A DNA stretch of 44,271 bases from Abditibacteriaceae bacterium. GTDB lineage: Bacteria > Armatimonadota > Abditibacteriia > Abditibacteriales > Abditibacteriaceae. The stretch lies in assembly GCA_031425655.1 (NCBI GenBank), contig JANPJS010000186.1, positions 1 to 44,271 of the forward strand, given 5' to 3'. This document shows positions 1 to 9,545 of the stretch, in pieces (position 1 is the first letter of the stretch; every line of letters starts with the position of its first letter). The notes under the pieces were generated by a model. It was given only the letters and a program-made list of their open reading frames with translations, did not search any database and was not told the origin of the DNA. The position numbers were made by a program, and so were the translations under genes.

Positions 1-245
1 CTCATGTTACGCGGTGGACTTATAGTAAGCGGTGTGAAGAGTGGCTTCGCCACTCCTTAAAACCCCACCTGCCCAGAGGGCGCCCGCCCTTGGTAAGGGG
101 GCGAAAGAGTAACTTGGCAGAAGAAGGACAGCGTTATTCTTCCTCGCAAGCGTAAGAACATAGCCCCCTTAACAAGGGGGTTGGGGGTTTTAAGGAGTGG
201 CGAAGCCACTCTTTTCGCCTATCACACCCCACTGCGTAAGGTGAG
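1..245. mobile_element. MITE (non-autonomous element) with IS701-like ends
   Basis: Terminal inverted repeats CTCATGTTACGCGGTGG ... CCACTGCGTAAGGTGAG and inverted internal palindromes (AAGAGTGGCTTCGCCACTCCTT / AAGGAGTGGCGAAGCCACTCTT). The ends match 9397-9484 and the IS end at 44133. Confidence 0.7.
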
Positions 246-248
246 TAA

Positions 249-800
249 ATGTTTCTCATGTATTGGATGTTTTGTGCCGTGATCTTCGCGGTTGCGTGGG
301 GCATCAGTGGCTTGGTGTGCGTTTTTGGCTTCTGGCGTAAATCGTAAGTGCTGAAATGGCTTGGCGGCGTGCCGTTTGTTGGCCTCAATGTGTTGGCGGT
401 GCTTTTTGTTGGGATGTTGCTGTGGAATTATCTATTTCCGCCGTCGCCATCCCAACAATTTCAGACTGCTTTTGGATTTGCCCCGCCGGGAGACGTAAAG
501 AATTTGCAGGCTCACTCCTACGTTTTCGGCGATAGCGCGCAGAAATGGCTGGCGTTTTCCGCTTCGCCCTCCACGATTCAAAAAATCGTTAAGCTCGGAT
601 TTAAGCAATCTAAAAGTTCTTATGGCCGGGCCGGAATTAATCAGGAAGCTCCTACTTGGTGGCCACAGCAAACGCCAAATTACAAGGCAGCGTATTATAC
701 GGAATTTCGGCTTAAGCAGTTCTCTACATCCGAAGATGAGTGGATTTATTGGAATCCAAGCAGCGGTCAGACTTATTACCACTACGATGGAATTGATTGA
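249..800 (+). pseudogene. Membrane-anchored hypothetical protein with a probable premature TAA; the intact distal ORF is 348-800
   Basis: ATG at 249 reads MFLMYWMFCAVIFAVAWGISGLVCVFGFWRKS, then an in-frame TAA (345-347), then VLKWLGGVPFVGLNVLAVLFVG. The two hydrophobic segments read as one protein. Confidence 0.45.
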
Positions 801-806
801 AGAGCG

Positions 807-1739
807 ATGAACTTAAATCATCTGGCGATATTTCATGCCGTGGCCGAAGAAGGCAACGTGACGCGCGCTGCCGAGCGTCTGCATATTTCGCAGCCGGCGG
901 TCTCGAAAACGCTGCATGAACTGGAAAAAAGCCTCGGCACGGCCTTGTTTCATCGCTTGTCGAAGGGCGTGCGCCTGACCGAAGCCGGCGAACTTTTGCA
1001 TGGCTATGCGCGGCAGATTTTCGCTCTGGAAACCGAAGCTGGACGCGCATTGGGCGAACTGCGCGGACTCGAACGCGGCAAATTATCGGTCGGCGCCAGC
1101 ACCACAATTGGCGTGTATTTGCTGCCCGAAATTTGCGTGGCGTTTCGCACCCTGTTTCCCGGAATCGAGGTGCAGCTTGAAATTGCCAATACGGCACAAA
1201 TTCAAGCGCGTTTGCTGCGTAACGAATTTGATCTGGCGCTGATGGAAGGTTATTTAGCGGCGCCGGAAATTCAATCCGAAACTCTGGGACATGATGAAAT
1301 CGTGTGTATCGTAGCGCCGCGACACCGGCTGCTGCGCGAAAAGGACTTATCCGTAGCGAGCCTGTTGAAAGAGCCTTTGCTTTGGCGCGAAGCCGGTTCA
1401 GGCACACGCGCCGTCGTCGAACAGGCTTTGTCCGAGCGCGGCTGGCATACGCCGCCGCTATTATCGCTGGGAAGCACCGAAGCGATAAAACGCGCCGTCG
1501 CAGCGGGACGGGGAATCGCTTTCGTTTCGCGTCTGACCGTTGAGGATGAATTGCGAAGCGGCGAACTCAAAGTTTTGCCGCTGTGCGATTTTACGATTCG
1601 CCGGCCTCTGCAACGCCTGCGGCTCAAGGGCAAATACGAGAATCGCGCCGTGCGCGAATTCCTGCGATTATTGCGTCCTGTCGTGCGCGAAAAATGTGGC
1701 GATCAGCCGGTTTTGCGAATCGGGCCGTTGACATCGTAA
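807..1739 (+). CDS. LysR-family transcriptional regulator (CysL/YeiE-like)
   Basis: N-terminal HTH 'NVTRAAERLHISQPAVSKTLHELE...LFHR' and substrate-binding-domain motif 'REAGSGTR'. Confidence 0.93.
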   Translation: MNLNHLAIFHAVAEEGNVTRAAERLHISQPAVSKTLHELEKSLGTALFHRLSKGVRLTEAGELLHGYARQIFALETEAGRALGELRGLERGKLSVGASTTIGVYLLPEICVAFRTLFPGIEVQLEIANTAQIQARLLRNEFDLALMEGYLAAPEIQSETLGHDEIVCIVAPRHRLLREKDLSVASLLKEPLLWREAGSGTRAVVEQALSERGWHTPPLLSLGSTEAIKRAVAAGRGIAFVSRLTVEDELRSGELKVLPLCDFTIRRPLQRLRLKGKYENRAVREFLRLLRPVVREKCGDQPVLRIGPLTS

Positions 1740-3613
1740 TTGAAGCGGTCGCGGATATTAGCCACGGATTGCACGGCCCAATTCTGCACAGCGCGCTCGG
1801 TTTTCCAAAAGTCGGTGAACGGCAAAAGCAGTGGCAAATCTTCGGGTGTGCCGCTGGAACCGAGAAGAAAAGCTGCGTGCGCGCGGTCGCCGAAATTGGT
1901 TTCGAGCAAAGCGCGGCGCAAAAGAGGACGCGCTTTTTCATTGCGAAGCGTCTGCACAATATCCATCGCTTGCCGCCGCACGTCGGAATTAGAATGCGTC
2001 CATAATTCCAGCGCGCCGGCTTCGACTTCCCTTCCGCCGATGCGAACCAAAGCCTCTTTCGGCTCATAAGCGCGCCGCCACGGCGCGGCGGCTAAGTCGG
2101 CCAAGAGCGCCGGGACAGCGGATGCTTCGCGCAAATCGCCCAGTCGGAAAACGATCCATTTGAACGCCGCTTCCGGCAGTTCCGGCGGTGGATTTTTCAG
2201 CAGCGCGGTTAGCGTGGCGCCTTCGGTTTTTGCGATTGCAGCCGCACGCAGCGGTGCTAATTTGTGCCACTCAATCGGCAGCTTTTCTCCCAGTTTTTGA
2301 GGCAGGATTTTCCAAGTCGCGTCGTCGGCCAGCCATGTTAATTGCAGCAGGTAAGTCAGCGGTTGTTTCAGGCTAATAGTGCCGGTCGTTGCCGGTTTGG
2401 TAAGTTGCTCCAACGCCCGCGCTGCGCCCTGTGTGTGCGCCGCCGGCCCCAAATCGCGCAGCGCGAATGTGGCAAGCCTCGCCTCGGTTTCCCACGAATT
2501 ATACGGCTCGTTTTTCGGATCGTGCATCAAGTAGAGCAGCGCCGGAATGCAGTCGGGATGACGCAACGCACGCAGCAATTCAAGGCCGCTTTGCGCTTCA
2601 TAATAGTTGGCTTTTTTGCGCGTTAGATAATCAACCATCAACAAGCGCAGGCGCGCTTTTCCGGCGTCGTCGAGTAGTGGAAGCATTTCCTGCGCGGCGT
2701 TGACGCTGCTGAAATTTGCCTCGTTTGCGGTTTCGATTAAGCCAAAATACGCCGCGACAGCCTCAGTTTTTCGCCCGCCTTCGCGCAGAGCTTTGGCCTG
2801 CAAATAAGGCGTGGTTTTTACTTGCACCACGATGGTGGCATCCCGTTTGGCCATGTAATTCAACACTTGAGGCTTAAGATCGGGCTTTTGCAGCGCATCG
2901 CGCAAAGCCTCGTCCACGCCGGGCGCGCCGGGGAAATCGAAAACCAATTCGTGCGCGGCGTTGCGAGCGACGGCGCTCATCGGCGAGTGCAGCTTTTCAA
3001 GGAGCAAGGAAACGCCGCGCGTGTCGTTCATGGCGCCCAAAAATTGCACCAATGCTATTTGCTCCGGCTCGTTTAACAAGGCGAAGCTGGGCGCGATTAA
3101 ATCGAAATTGTCCGGCTCACGCATCGCCTGCAAGTCGGCGACGAGTTGTTTTTGCAGTAGCGGTTTTACCGCGTCTTGCGCCGCGCTTACGGCTTTTTGC
3201 AACGCGAGTAATCGCTCGCGTTCGGCAGGCAAGGCATAAATGGAAAGCAGCTTACGCAGCGCGGCGATTTCTTCGGGCTTCGCGTAGCTTTCCAAAACCT
3301 GCCATTTCCCCTCCGGGCTTTTCTTCAGCAACACGGCGGCGCTTGCGGCGCGCGGCAAAATATAACGCGCCTCGCCGTCTTTGAGGACGATAATCTCGCC
3401 CACTTTCCCAGTCCCGCGCAGAACTTCTTGAATCTTGAGTTGAAAACTGAAATCCGGCGCGTGCGGCTGGCTAATGTCGGCAATGATGATGGAATCCGCT
3501 TGACGCGCGTAATAGCCCATCGGCATTTGCGCGCGACTAAAAGCCCAAGCCGTGCGCGGCGCGTTCAGGCAAAACAGGCAGAGCAGGGCGAGGGCAAAAC
3601 GAATAATAAGCAT
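1703..3613 (-). CDS. Secreted HEAT/PBS-repeat protein
   Basis: Signal peptide (MLIIRFALALLCLFCLNAPRTAWA) and HEAT-like helical repeats ('LGDLREASAVPALL', 'SNSDVRRQAMDIV', 'DRAHAAFLLGSSG'). Confidence 0.75.
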   Translation of the reverse strand: MLIIRFALALLCLFCLNAPRTAWAFSRAQMPMGYYARQADSIIIADISQPHAPDFSFQLKIQEVLRGTGKVGEIIVLKDGEARYILPRAASAAVLLKKSPEGKWQVLESYAKPEEIAALRKLLSIYALPAERERLLALQKAVSAAQDAVKPLLQKQLVADLQAMREPDNFDLIAPSFALLNEPEQIALVQFLGAMNDTRGVSLLLEKLHSPMSAVARNAAHELVFDFPGAPGVDEALRDALQKPDLKPQVLNYMAKRDATIVVQVKTTPYLQAKALREGGRKTEAVAAYFGLIETANEANFSSVNAAQEMLPLLDDAGKARLRLLMVDYLTRKKANYYEAQSGLELLRALRHPDCIPALLYLMHDPKNEPYNSWETEARLATFALRDLGPAAHTQGAARALEQLTKPATTGTISLKQPLTYLLQLTWLADDATWKILPQKLGEKLPIEWHKLAPLRAAAIAKTEGATLTALLKNPPPELPEAAFKWIVFRLGDLREASAVPALLADLAAAPWRRAYEPKEALVRIGGREVEAGALELWTHSNSDVRRQAMDIVQTLRNEKARPLLRRALLETNFGDRAHAAFLLGSSGTPEDLPLLLPFTDFWKTERAVQNWAVQSVANIRDRFNYDVNGPIRKTG

Positions 3614-3653
3614 GGCGACTCTGACCGTGCAATCTGGCCCGAATGTTCCCTTA

Positions 3654-3724
3654 GAAGCTGTCTGAAAAGTGGGGGGCGTGACTCCTCTCCCCTTTTGGGG
3701 AGAGGGAACTTCTCAGACTATCTC
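3654..3724. mobile_element. Short MITE-like element
   Basis: Imperfect terminal IRs GAAGCTGTCTGAAAAGT / ACTTCTCAGACTATCTC, TTA/TGA flanks and an internal hairpin CCTCTCCCC-TTTT-GGGGAGAGG. The ends resemble 37500-37672. Confidence 0.5.
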
Positions 3725-3839
3725 TGAGGAACATCGTATTTGTGTTCGCTTTTCAACGCGAGATTAAATTTGTGTTGCGCTACCTCAAAATTCATTTTGT
3801 CGGGCGAAGGTGCGCTACACTGGGCGCCGGAGGCTAATC

Positions 3840-4193
3840 ATGGAAACAACAGAAGTCGCAAAAGGTTTAGTGGAAATGTGCCGTCAGGGGCAGTTTGCCG
3901 AAGCCATTGAGGCGTATTACGGTGAACACATCGTCAGCGTTGAAGGCAACGGCGAAGCGACAGCAGGACTCGACGCCGTGCGCGGCAAAAGCCAGTGGTT
4001 CATGGAGAACCATGAGGTTCACGGCGCAGTCGTTGAAGGCCCGTTCGTCGCCGCCAACGAGTTCGCCGTGCGCTTCACGCTCGACGTGACTTTCAAGCCC
4101 AGCGGCGAACGTTCGACGATGAGCGAAGTCGCGCTCTACACCGTCACCGACGGCAAAATCGTGAACGAGAAGTTTCTCTATCTCGCCGGATAA
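3840..4193 (+). CDS. SnoaL-like / NTF2-family protein
   Basis: 'VEMCRQGQFAEAIEAYYGEHIVSVE ... MSEVALYTVTDGKIVNEKFLY'. ATG at 3840 follows GGAGG. Confidence 0.85.
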   Translation: METTEVAKGLVEMCRQGQFAEAIEAYYGEHIVSVEGNGEATAGLDAVRGKSQWFMENHEVHGAVVEGPFVAANEFAVRFTLDVTFKPSGERSTMSEVALYTVTDGKIVNEKFLYLAG

Positions 4194-4204
4194 AGCCGTC
4201 AGTC

Positions 4205-4251
4205 TCGACAAAATGAGCGCCGAGAGAATTTCTCGGCGCCCTTTTTGTCGA
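4205..4251 (+). terminator. Probable intrinsic terminator
   Basis: GCGCCGAGA-GAATT-TCTCGGCGC stem followed by CCTTTTT, just after the SnoaL gene. Confidence 0.55.
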
Positions 4252-4472
4252 CGAAGGTGTGCCCACCCGGCGCTCTCATCAAGTCCATCGCAGCACGCCG
4301 CAAAATCCAATTCGCCGCCGACGCCGAATGGCCCTACACCGACCCCGCCAACGCCCCGATTCGCCGCGAGTTTCAGCTTCCGACGGATAGGCCGTTTGTG
4401 GGGTGAGATAAGATGTTCGCTCGCGCCTCTGAAAAGTGGCGCGAGCGTGATATTTTCAGAGGCAGAAATTTG

Positions 4473-6386
4473 ATGAAACCACCAGATAACAAAGATTTAC
4501 TCACCGCCCAAGAGCAACAAAACCAAAACGTAAAGCGGACGACTACACGTCGAAGCAGTAAGGCCTTCACAAAAAAAGACGCGCGTGAAGCCTTCCTTTT
4601 ACGCCAGAAAGCAGCAAAAACTCTACTTTCTAAAAAATGGCCGCAGCAAAAACTACTCAGGCCTTATGATTTTTGCAAAATGGCACAAGATCGTGGTTGG
4701 TGGTGGCTGAAAGAGAGCGATTTGGAAAATTGGGATCGCGTAGGCGTTTTGCATCCCATTCTCAAAACGCGAATGCCCTCTACTGTTCACCTTGTGGCTG
4801 GTTTCGATGCACAGGGTAACCCAATTCCGCAAAAAGAGCCTCTGAACCGAGAACCACACGAGGATGAGCAATGGGTTCGCATTTGGGACAGTTTTTTCAC
4901 ATATGATGAGGCGCTAAGCACCTATGCGGAGAAGTTCGATGATTTAGTTATCGTTCCCGATAAAGAAAACTTTGTGCCTTGGAACGAGATGACCAAAGAC
5001 CAAATTACACGAGGAAGTATTCTTTACCATCCGTATCAGATTTTTCGTCTTATAAAGGTTATTGAAGGGATGGAAACCACATTTCACTCTTCAAATTTCA
5101 AAGGTGCTGCGGGCCTTACTAATGTCTTTCGCCAAGAACTTAAAAGGGCATTGGCTACACTGCGGAAAAATGAAATTCATTATTTGCGCCATCTTATTTT
5201 GTTCCTTCTCCTTGAAGACAAATATTTACCTGACATTCGAGGTGCCCGGCACCTTCGTCATATTGTGAGATATGCTGGCAACGGAGATGATAGTTTCTTC
5301 CCAGAAATGCAAGCGGCTTTCAATCCCCATGAAGCCTTGAAGGAAAGCGAATTTCCAATAGAGAAAATTCGTGAGTTACGGAGCGGATATGCTCACCAAG
5401 GTCACTTTTGTGACCCCCTCAGTGCTTGGTTTGTGCTGGCCCGCCAAGTTGATCCCAAAAGGCGAGCGTCGTTACGAGGAAAAGCATTAATTGCGTGCGA
5501 TTACTACGAGATCGCCGATATACTCGGCGGATTTCTACAAGAACTCACAGGCAACCGACAACCTAACACAGATGCAATTTTCAGCAACACTTTTTGGCAG
5601 GAACAGCTTTATGGCATTCCATATGACCAAATTGATTTCAAAACCGGAAATATTTTGCCTCAAGTAGTGCGCCATTATGGGCTTGATCTGCGTATCAAAG
5701 TGCTTTTGTTAGTGGAGGGGCCAACAGAACGAGAATTCATTTTGACTTGGTGCCAAAAGCGCGGTTTTAGTCTCGAAGCGGCTGGAATCAGGTTGATGTC
5801 TCTTGATGGTGTAGGAGACCTTGCCAATCGTGCTGAGGAAATAGTGCACAATGCCATTGCCGAGGAGTCAGCTATTGTTCTATGCGTGGATGACGAGGGG
5901 GATGCCTTGAATAATCTGAATCGCTGGAAAAACTCCGGGCTGATTGAGGACATTTATGACGTGTCACAACTCGCCAGTCAAATGACTCCGGTCGGTGCAT
6001 TATTGTGGAGGCCCTGTTTTGAGGACGCAAATTTTTCATTAGATGAACTTGTAGACGCGTGGATTATGGTGTCCCATGAACACCATTTTACACAGACGGG
6101 CAAAGAATGGGACAAAAGCATCGTAGACCGCAATATGATTAAACAGATTGTCGAAAAGGTAAAGCTGGAGAAATGTTGCCCCTCGTGGATTAAGGCAATG
6201 GAGATCACAAATAAGGAAAGGCGTGTGCAATTCCCTTACAGCTTCTATAAACCTGCAATAGGCCGCCACCTTGCCGCGAAGTTTGCCCAAGAAGACAGGC
6301 CAGTAATAGTGTGGTTGGAAAAGATTTTTCAATTCGCTTTTTTGACCAATGTTTATAATTTGCCCGGTCGTCGCGCGTTGGGATGA
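4473..6386 (+). CDS. Hypothetical protein with a C-terminal TOPRIM-like domain (lower GC, probably horizontally acquired)
   Basis: 'LLLVEGPTEREFI...IRLMSLDGVGDL...VLCVDDEGD...CFEDANF' resembles the OLD-family TOPRIM motifs. No Walker A motif was seen. The ORF is open from 4413. Confidence 0.6.
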   Translation: MKPPDNKDLLTAQEQQNQNVKRTTTRRSSKAFTKKDAREAFLLRQKAAKTLLSKKWPQQKLLRPYDFCKMAQDRGWWWLKESDLENWDRVGVLHPILKTRMPSTVHLVAGFDAQGNPIPQKEPLNREPHEDEQWVRIWDSFFTYDEALSTYAEKFDDLVIVPDKENFVPWNEMTKDQITRGSILYHPYQIFRLIKVIEGMETTFHSSNFKGAAGLTNVFRQELKRALATLRKNEIHYLRHLILFLLLEDKYLPDIRGARHLRHIVRYAGNGDDSFFPEMQAAFNPHEALKESEFPIEKIRELRSGYAHQGHFCDPLSAWFVLARQVDPKRRASLRGKALIACDYYEIADILGGFLQELTGNRQPNTDAIFSNTFWQEQLYGIPYDQIDFKTGNILPQVVRHYGLDLRIKVLLLVEGPTEREFILTWCQKRGFSLEAAGIRLMSLDGVGDLANRAEEIVHNAIAEESAIVLCVDDEGDALNNLNRWKNSGLIEDIYDVSQLASQMTPVGALLWRPCFEDANFSLDELVDAWIMVSHEHHFTQTGKEWDKSIVDRNMIKQIVEKVKLEKCCPSWIKAMEITNKERRVQFPYSFYKPAIGRHLAAKFAQEDRPVIVWLEKIFQFAFLTNVYNLPGRRALG

Positions 6387-6388
6387 AT

Positions 6389-6826
6389 TTAAAATCGCCC
6401 GACGTGAACGGTGGCGTCCCAGCGCAGACCGAGGGCTTCGGCGATTTCCTGGGCGCGCGATAAAGTGATGGTGCGGTAGTCAGTCGCTTCGCAGCGTTGA
6501 ATTTGCTGCGGTTTGAGGCCGAGTTTTTCGGCGAGTTGCTTTTGCGTCAGGCCTGCTGCGAGGCGCGCTTTCACGAGGATTTGCGGCAATTCGGCGAGCG
6601 AGGCGATTCGCAGCGAGGCTTTTCCGGCTTTGAGCTGCTCGTATTCCTGCATTTGAGCGCGCCACTCTTCCAGCAGCGACGCCATGCCGTCCATGACCGC
6701 CTGCCGCATGACGGGATCAAGTTTCACGTCGCCGCGCTTTTGATATGCGAGCAGCGACGCTTCCATGTTTTTAACCATCGCTTTGGTGTGGCGGTAAGCC
6801 TTCTCGGTTGCTATGACGTATCCCAT
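6389..6826 (-). CDS. XRE-family HTH transcriptional regulator
   Basis: 'LVKARLAAGLTQKQLAEKLGLKPQQIQRCE' Cro/C1-type HTH after an N-terminal coiled segment. Confidence 0.85.
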   Translation of the reverse strand: MGYVIATEKAYRHTKAMVKNMEASLLAYQKRGDVKLDPVMRQAVMDGMASLLEEWRAQMQEYEQLKAGKASLRIASLAELPQILVKARLAAGLTQKQLAEKLGLKPQQIQRCEATDYRTITLSRAQEIAEALGLRWDATVHVGRF

Positions 6827-6896
6827 GATTTCAGTCCTTCACGGTTTCACCCGCTGCGGCGAAGCGTTCGAGTTCAGAGATTGGTAGAAAGCCGCA

Positions 6897-8147
6897 TTAC
6901 TTTCGCAAATGCTTGTCGGCAAAATTGAGAGTAGCCTGCCAGTCTTCGAGCGTGACATCGTGCTTGCCGGGGCGTAGATAATAGCCGATGGTGCTGCTGA
7001 TCAGTGTTTGCGGCGCGGGCCAAATCTTTGTCGAAATGCCGTCGGTTCCCAGCAGGCGATAAACCGCGTCGGCATTCGCGCCGCCAAGAAATTCGCCTTC
7101 CGGGTCACTCCATTTGTCTTCCAACCCGCTGAGAATCAGCAGAGGGCGCGGCGCGATGAGCGCGGCGAGTTGGTGGCCGTCAACCGGCAAAGCGGCCTCG
7201 TTTTTGGCGTATTTCGCGTAATTCGGCGCGAACCAATGGCCCAGACGGCCCGCCAAATGCTCAACCGGCTCGCCGACCAAGCGTTTGCTCAGCGACACGC
7301 CGCCTTTGCCGGAATTCTGCGAGATTATCATGGCAAAGCGCTCGTCGCGGGCGCCCGTCCACATCGCGGTTTTGCCCAGGCGGCTGAAACCAAAAACCGC
7401 CACGCGCTTTGAATCCACACGCTTATTGGTTTGCAGATAATCCAGCGCGCGGCTCAATGCCCACGACCACGCGCCAATCGCGCCCCAATCGTTGGCGCCC
7501 GGTTGCGGGCCGAGGCTGCGCGGGCCGTCTTTCCAGCGATCTTTCTCGTCCGGCTCGACTTCACCGTAGCACGCCGTGGCGAAGCCATAGCCGCGCGACA
7601 AAATCAGGTCATACGGAAACATATAGCTATGAATTCCGCGACCGGCTTCGGTCGGCTTATGATCCGCCGGCTTGTTGGCAAAAAGCCCGTTGACCCAATG
7701 CGTCGGCAAAGGAATATCCGGCTCGCTCGTCGTGGTGTAATTGCCATCGAAGTTGAGGCCGAGAAACAGCGGCACGCGGCCTTTCACGTTGTTCGGCAGA
7801 TAAACCAAAAGCTCCATCTGCTTGCCGTCTTCGCGGCCCCCGAAGAGAATTCCGACGCGCAGTCGCGTGGCTTTGCCGTCGCGCGCATCTTTTTTTTCTT
7901 CGCGCAGCACGAAACGCAATTTGTCCGGCTTGCCAACGAGAGTTTTGCCGTAAATCTCGTTTTCAAAGAGCGAAATTAGCTCTGGACGCCGTTTGCTTCG
8001 CCACATTTTCGGAGTCGTCACAGGCGTGCCGTCCTGCATTTTCAGCGGGTCGGGCAGGGAATATGGCGGCGGTTGGGGCGTTGGCGTGTCGCTCATGGCG
8101 GGAAAGGCGAACAAAGCCGCCAGAAGAAAACCGTAAGGGAATTTCAT
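6897..8147 (-). CDS. CE15-family glucuronoyl/acetylxylan esterase (alpha/beta hydrolase)
   Basis: Signal peptide, 'WGAIGAWSWALSRALDYL', catalytic-Ser motif 'GFSRLGKTA', 'LPVDGHQLAALIAPRPL', 'RPGKHDVT'. Confidence 0.85.
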   Translation of the reverse strand: MKFPYGFLLAALFAFPAMSDTPTPQPPPYSLPDPLKMQDGTPVTTPKMWRSKRRPELISLFENEIYGKTLVGKPDKLRFVLREEKKDARDGKATRLRVGILFGGREDGKQMELLVYLPNNVKGRVPLFLGLNFDGNYTTTSEPDIPLPTHWVNGLFANKPADHKPTEAGRGIHSYMFPYDLILSRGYGFATACYGEVEPDEKDRWKDGPRSLGPQPGANDWGAIGAWSWALSRALDYLQTNKRVDSKRVAVFGFSRLGKTAMWTGARDERFAMIISQNSGKGGVSLSKRLVGEPVEHLAGRLGHWFAPNYAKYAKNEAALPVDGHQLAALIAPRPLLILSGLEDKWSDPEGEFLGGANADAVYRLLGTDGISTKIWPAPQTLISSTIGYYLRPGKHDVTLEDWQATLNFADKHLRK

Positions 8148-8179
8148 AAAAAGTGCTGAAGCCGATAGCGGTTCAACTT

Positions 8180-8273
8180 ATAGAACGCAAATTACGCAAA
8201 TCCTCGGAAATTTACGCGAATTTCTTTTAAGATTTGCGACAATTCGCGTGCATTTGCGTAATTTGCGTTCTAT
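8180..8273. repeat. Intergenic imperfect inverted repeat (REP-like)
   Basis: ATAGAACGCAAATTACGCAAAT ... ATTTGCGTAATTTGCGTTCTAT. Confidence 0.75.
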
Positions 8274-8278
8274 TTGAG

Positions 8279-9148
8279 CTAATTCTGTTTCAACAGCGAT
8301 TCGACAGCTTTGTTCAAAGCTTCGCTGACCAATTCGTTCAGCGAACGATTTTGTTTGGCGGCTAAGGCGCTGAGTTGTTGGAACTGGCGCAGCGTCAAGC
8401 TGGCGCCGGAATTGATTTGCACCGCTTTGGGAATATCGAGCCAGGTTTCGTTGGCTTTTCTTAATTGCAAATCGTTCATGCCGAAGGCTTTGAGAACACC
8501 GTTGGCCATCATCACGTTGCCCATCGGGTTCATGTGAACGCCGTCTCCGGTCAGCAGATTGCCTTTATGCGGCGTGGCTTTAATGGTGGCCTGCATATCG
8601 CCGTTGAGGTCGGCCAAAGGCAGCTTCTTTTCCTTCGCCAACTGCTCTAAAAAGCCGTTGTAGGGGAGAAGTTTTTGATTGTTGGCGTTCGGCTGGTCTT
8701 CGCCGATCATTGTCGAAGTCAAAATTACCACTTTGATGCCGGCGGCTTGCGCTTTGTCCACAATTTGCGTGATGTTGGCCTTGTATTGATCGAGGGTCAC
8801 GCCTCGCTCGCCATGCCACACGTCGTTGACGCCGCAACTGAGCGTCATCCAATTCGGCTTTTTTTCGATCACGTCTTTGTCTACGCGCGCCAGCATATCG
8901 TTCGATTTATGGCCGCTGATGCCGGCGGGAATCGCTTCGGCTTTGATGCCGTTGGCTTCCAGCCCGCTGATGACAAGGCGCACATAGCCGACCGGACTGC
9001 CGGCGCCCTGCTGCGTAATCGAATCGCCGAGAAAGGCGATTTTTTCGCCGGTTTTGACGACGATTTCCTGCGCCGTCGCGCTTGAAACCAACACGTTCAT
9101 CGCCACGACCGCCAGAGCCGCATAGCGGCTGCTTTTCAGTTTCAACAT
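8279..9148 (-). CDS. SGNH/GDSL hydrolase, secreted
   Basis: Blocks 'FLGDSIT', 'GISG', 'GVND' and 'DGVH'. The start is placed at ATG 9148 after AGGAG. Confidence 0.9.
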   Translation of the reverse strand: MLKLKSSRYAALAVVAMNVLVSSATAQEIVVKTGEKIAFLGDSITQQGAGSPVGYVRLVISGLEANGIKAEAIPAGISGHKSNDMLARVDKDVIEKKPNWMTLSCGVNDVWHGERGVTLDQYKANITQIVDKAQAAGIKVVILTSTMIGEDQPNANNQKLLPYNGFLEQLAKEKKLPLADLNGDMQATIKATPHKGNLLTGDGVHMNPMGNVMMANGVLKAFGMNDLQLRKANETWLDIPKAVQINSGASLTLRQFQQLSALAAKQNRSLNELVSEALNKAVESLLKQN

Positions 9149-9396
9149 ATTATTGCTCCTTAGATTGATGCTGCGAAGCTCTTTTGACCATGCGGCGGTT
9201 GCTTTAATGCGCGGCATCGCACCTCTTTTTCGGAGCCGTAGATCAGGTCCCGGCATAAGCAGGCAGCATTTTCGTTTAGAGCAGTTCCGATTAGCATACT
9301 CCACGACGACCGTAGCGGCGCACAGCGTGCGCCGCTACATTGAGATGCCGCACCCTTCTTTCAGATGCAATTTAATTTTGTTCGCCTACTTATAAG

Positions 9397-9484
9397 CTCA
9401 TGTTATGCAGTGGGCTTGTGATAAGTGAAGAGCGACTTCGTCGCTCTTGGCAGCGCCTAACACAAATCCACTGCGTAACATGAG
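9397..9484. mobile_element. 88-bp MITE with IS701-like ends
   Basis: CTCATGTTATGCAGTGG ... CCACTGCGTAACATGAG terminal IRs, internal palindrome AAGAGCGACTTCGTCGCTCTT, and TTATAAG on both flanks. Confidence 0.75.
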
Positions 9485-9545
9485 TTATAAGATCCGTTCT
9501 TTCATTAGAAACGACCTCGCAACTTCCGCTTCATGCATCTGCTCC

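Noticed and set aside
807..1739. LysR regulator as a selenium-metabolism regulator
   Set aside because: It is CysL-like but lies 17 kb from the UGA gene, and nothing in the sequence links them.
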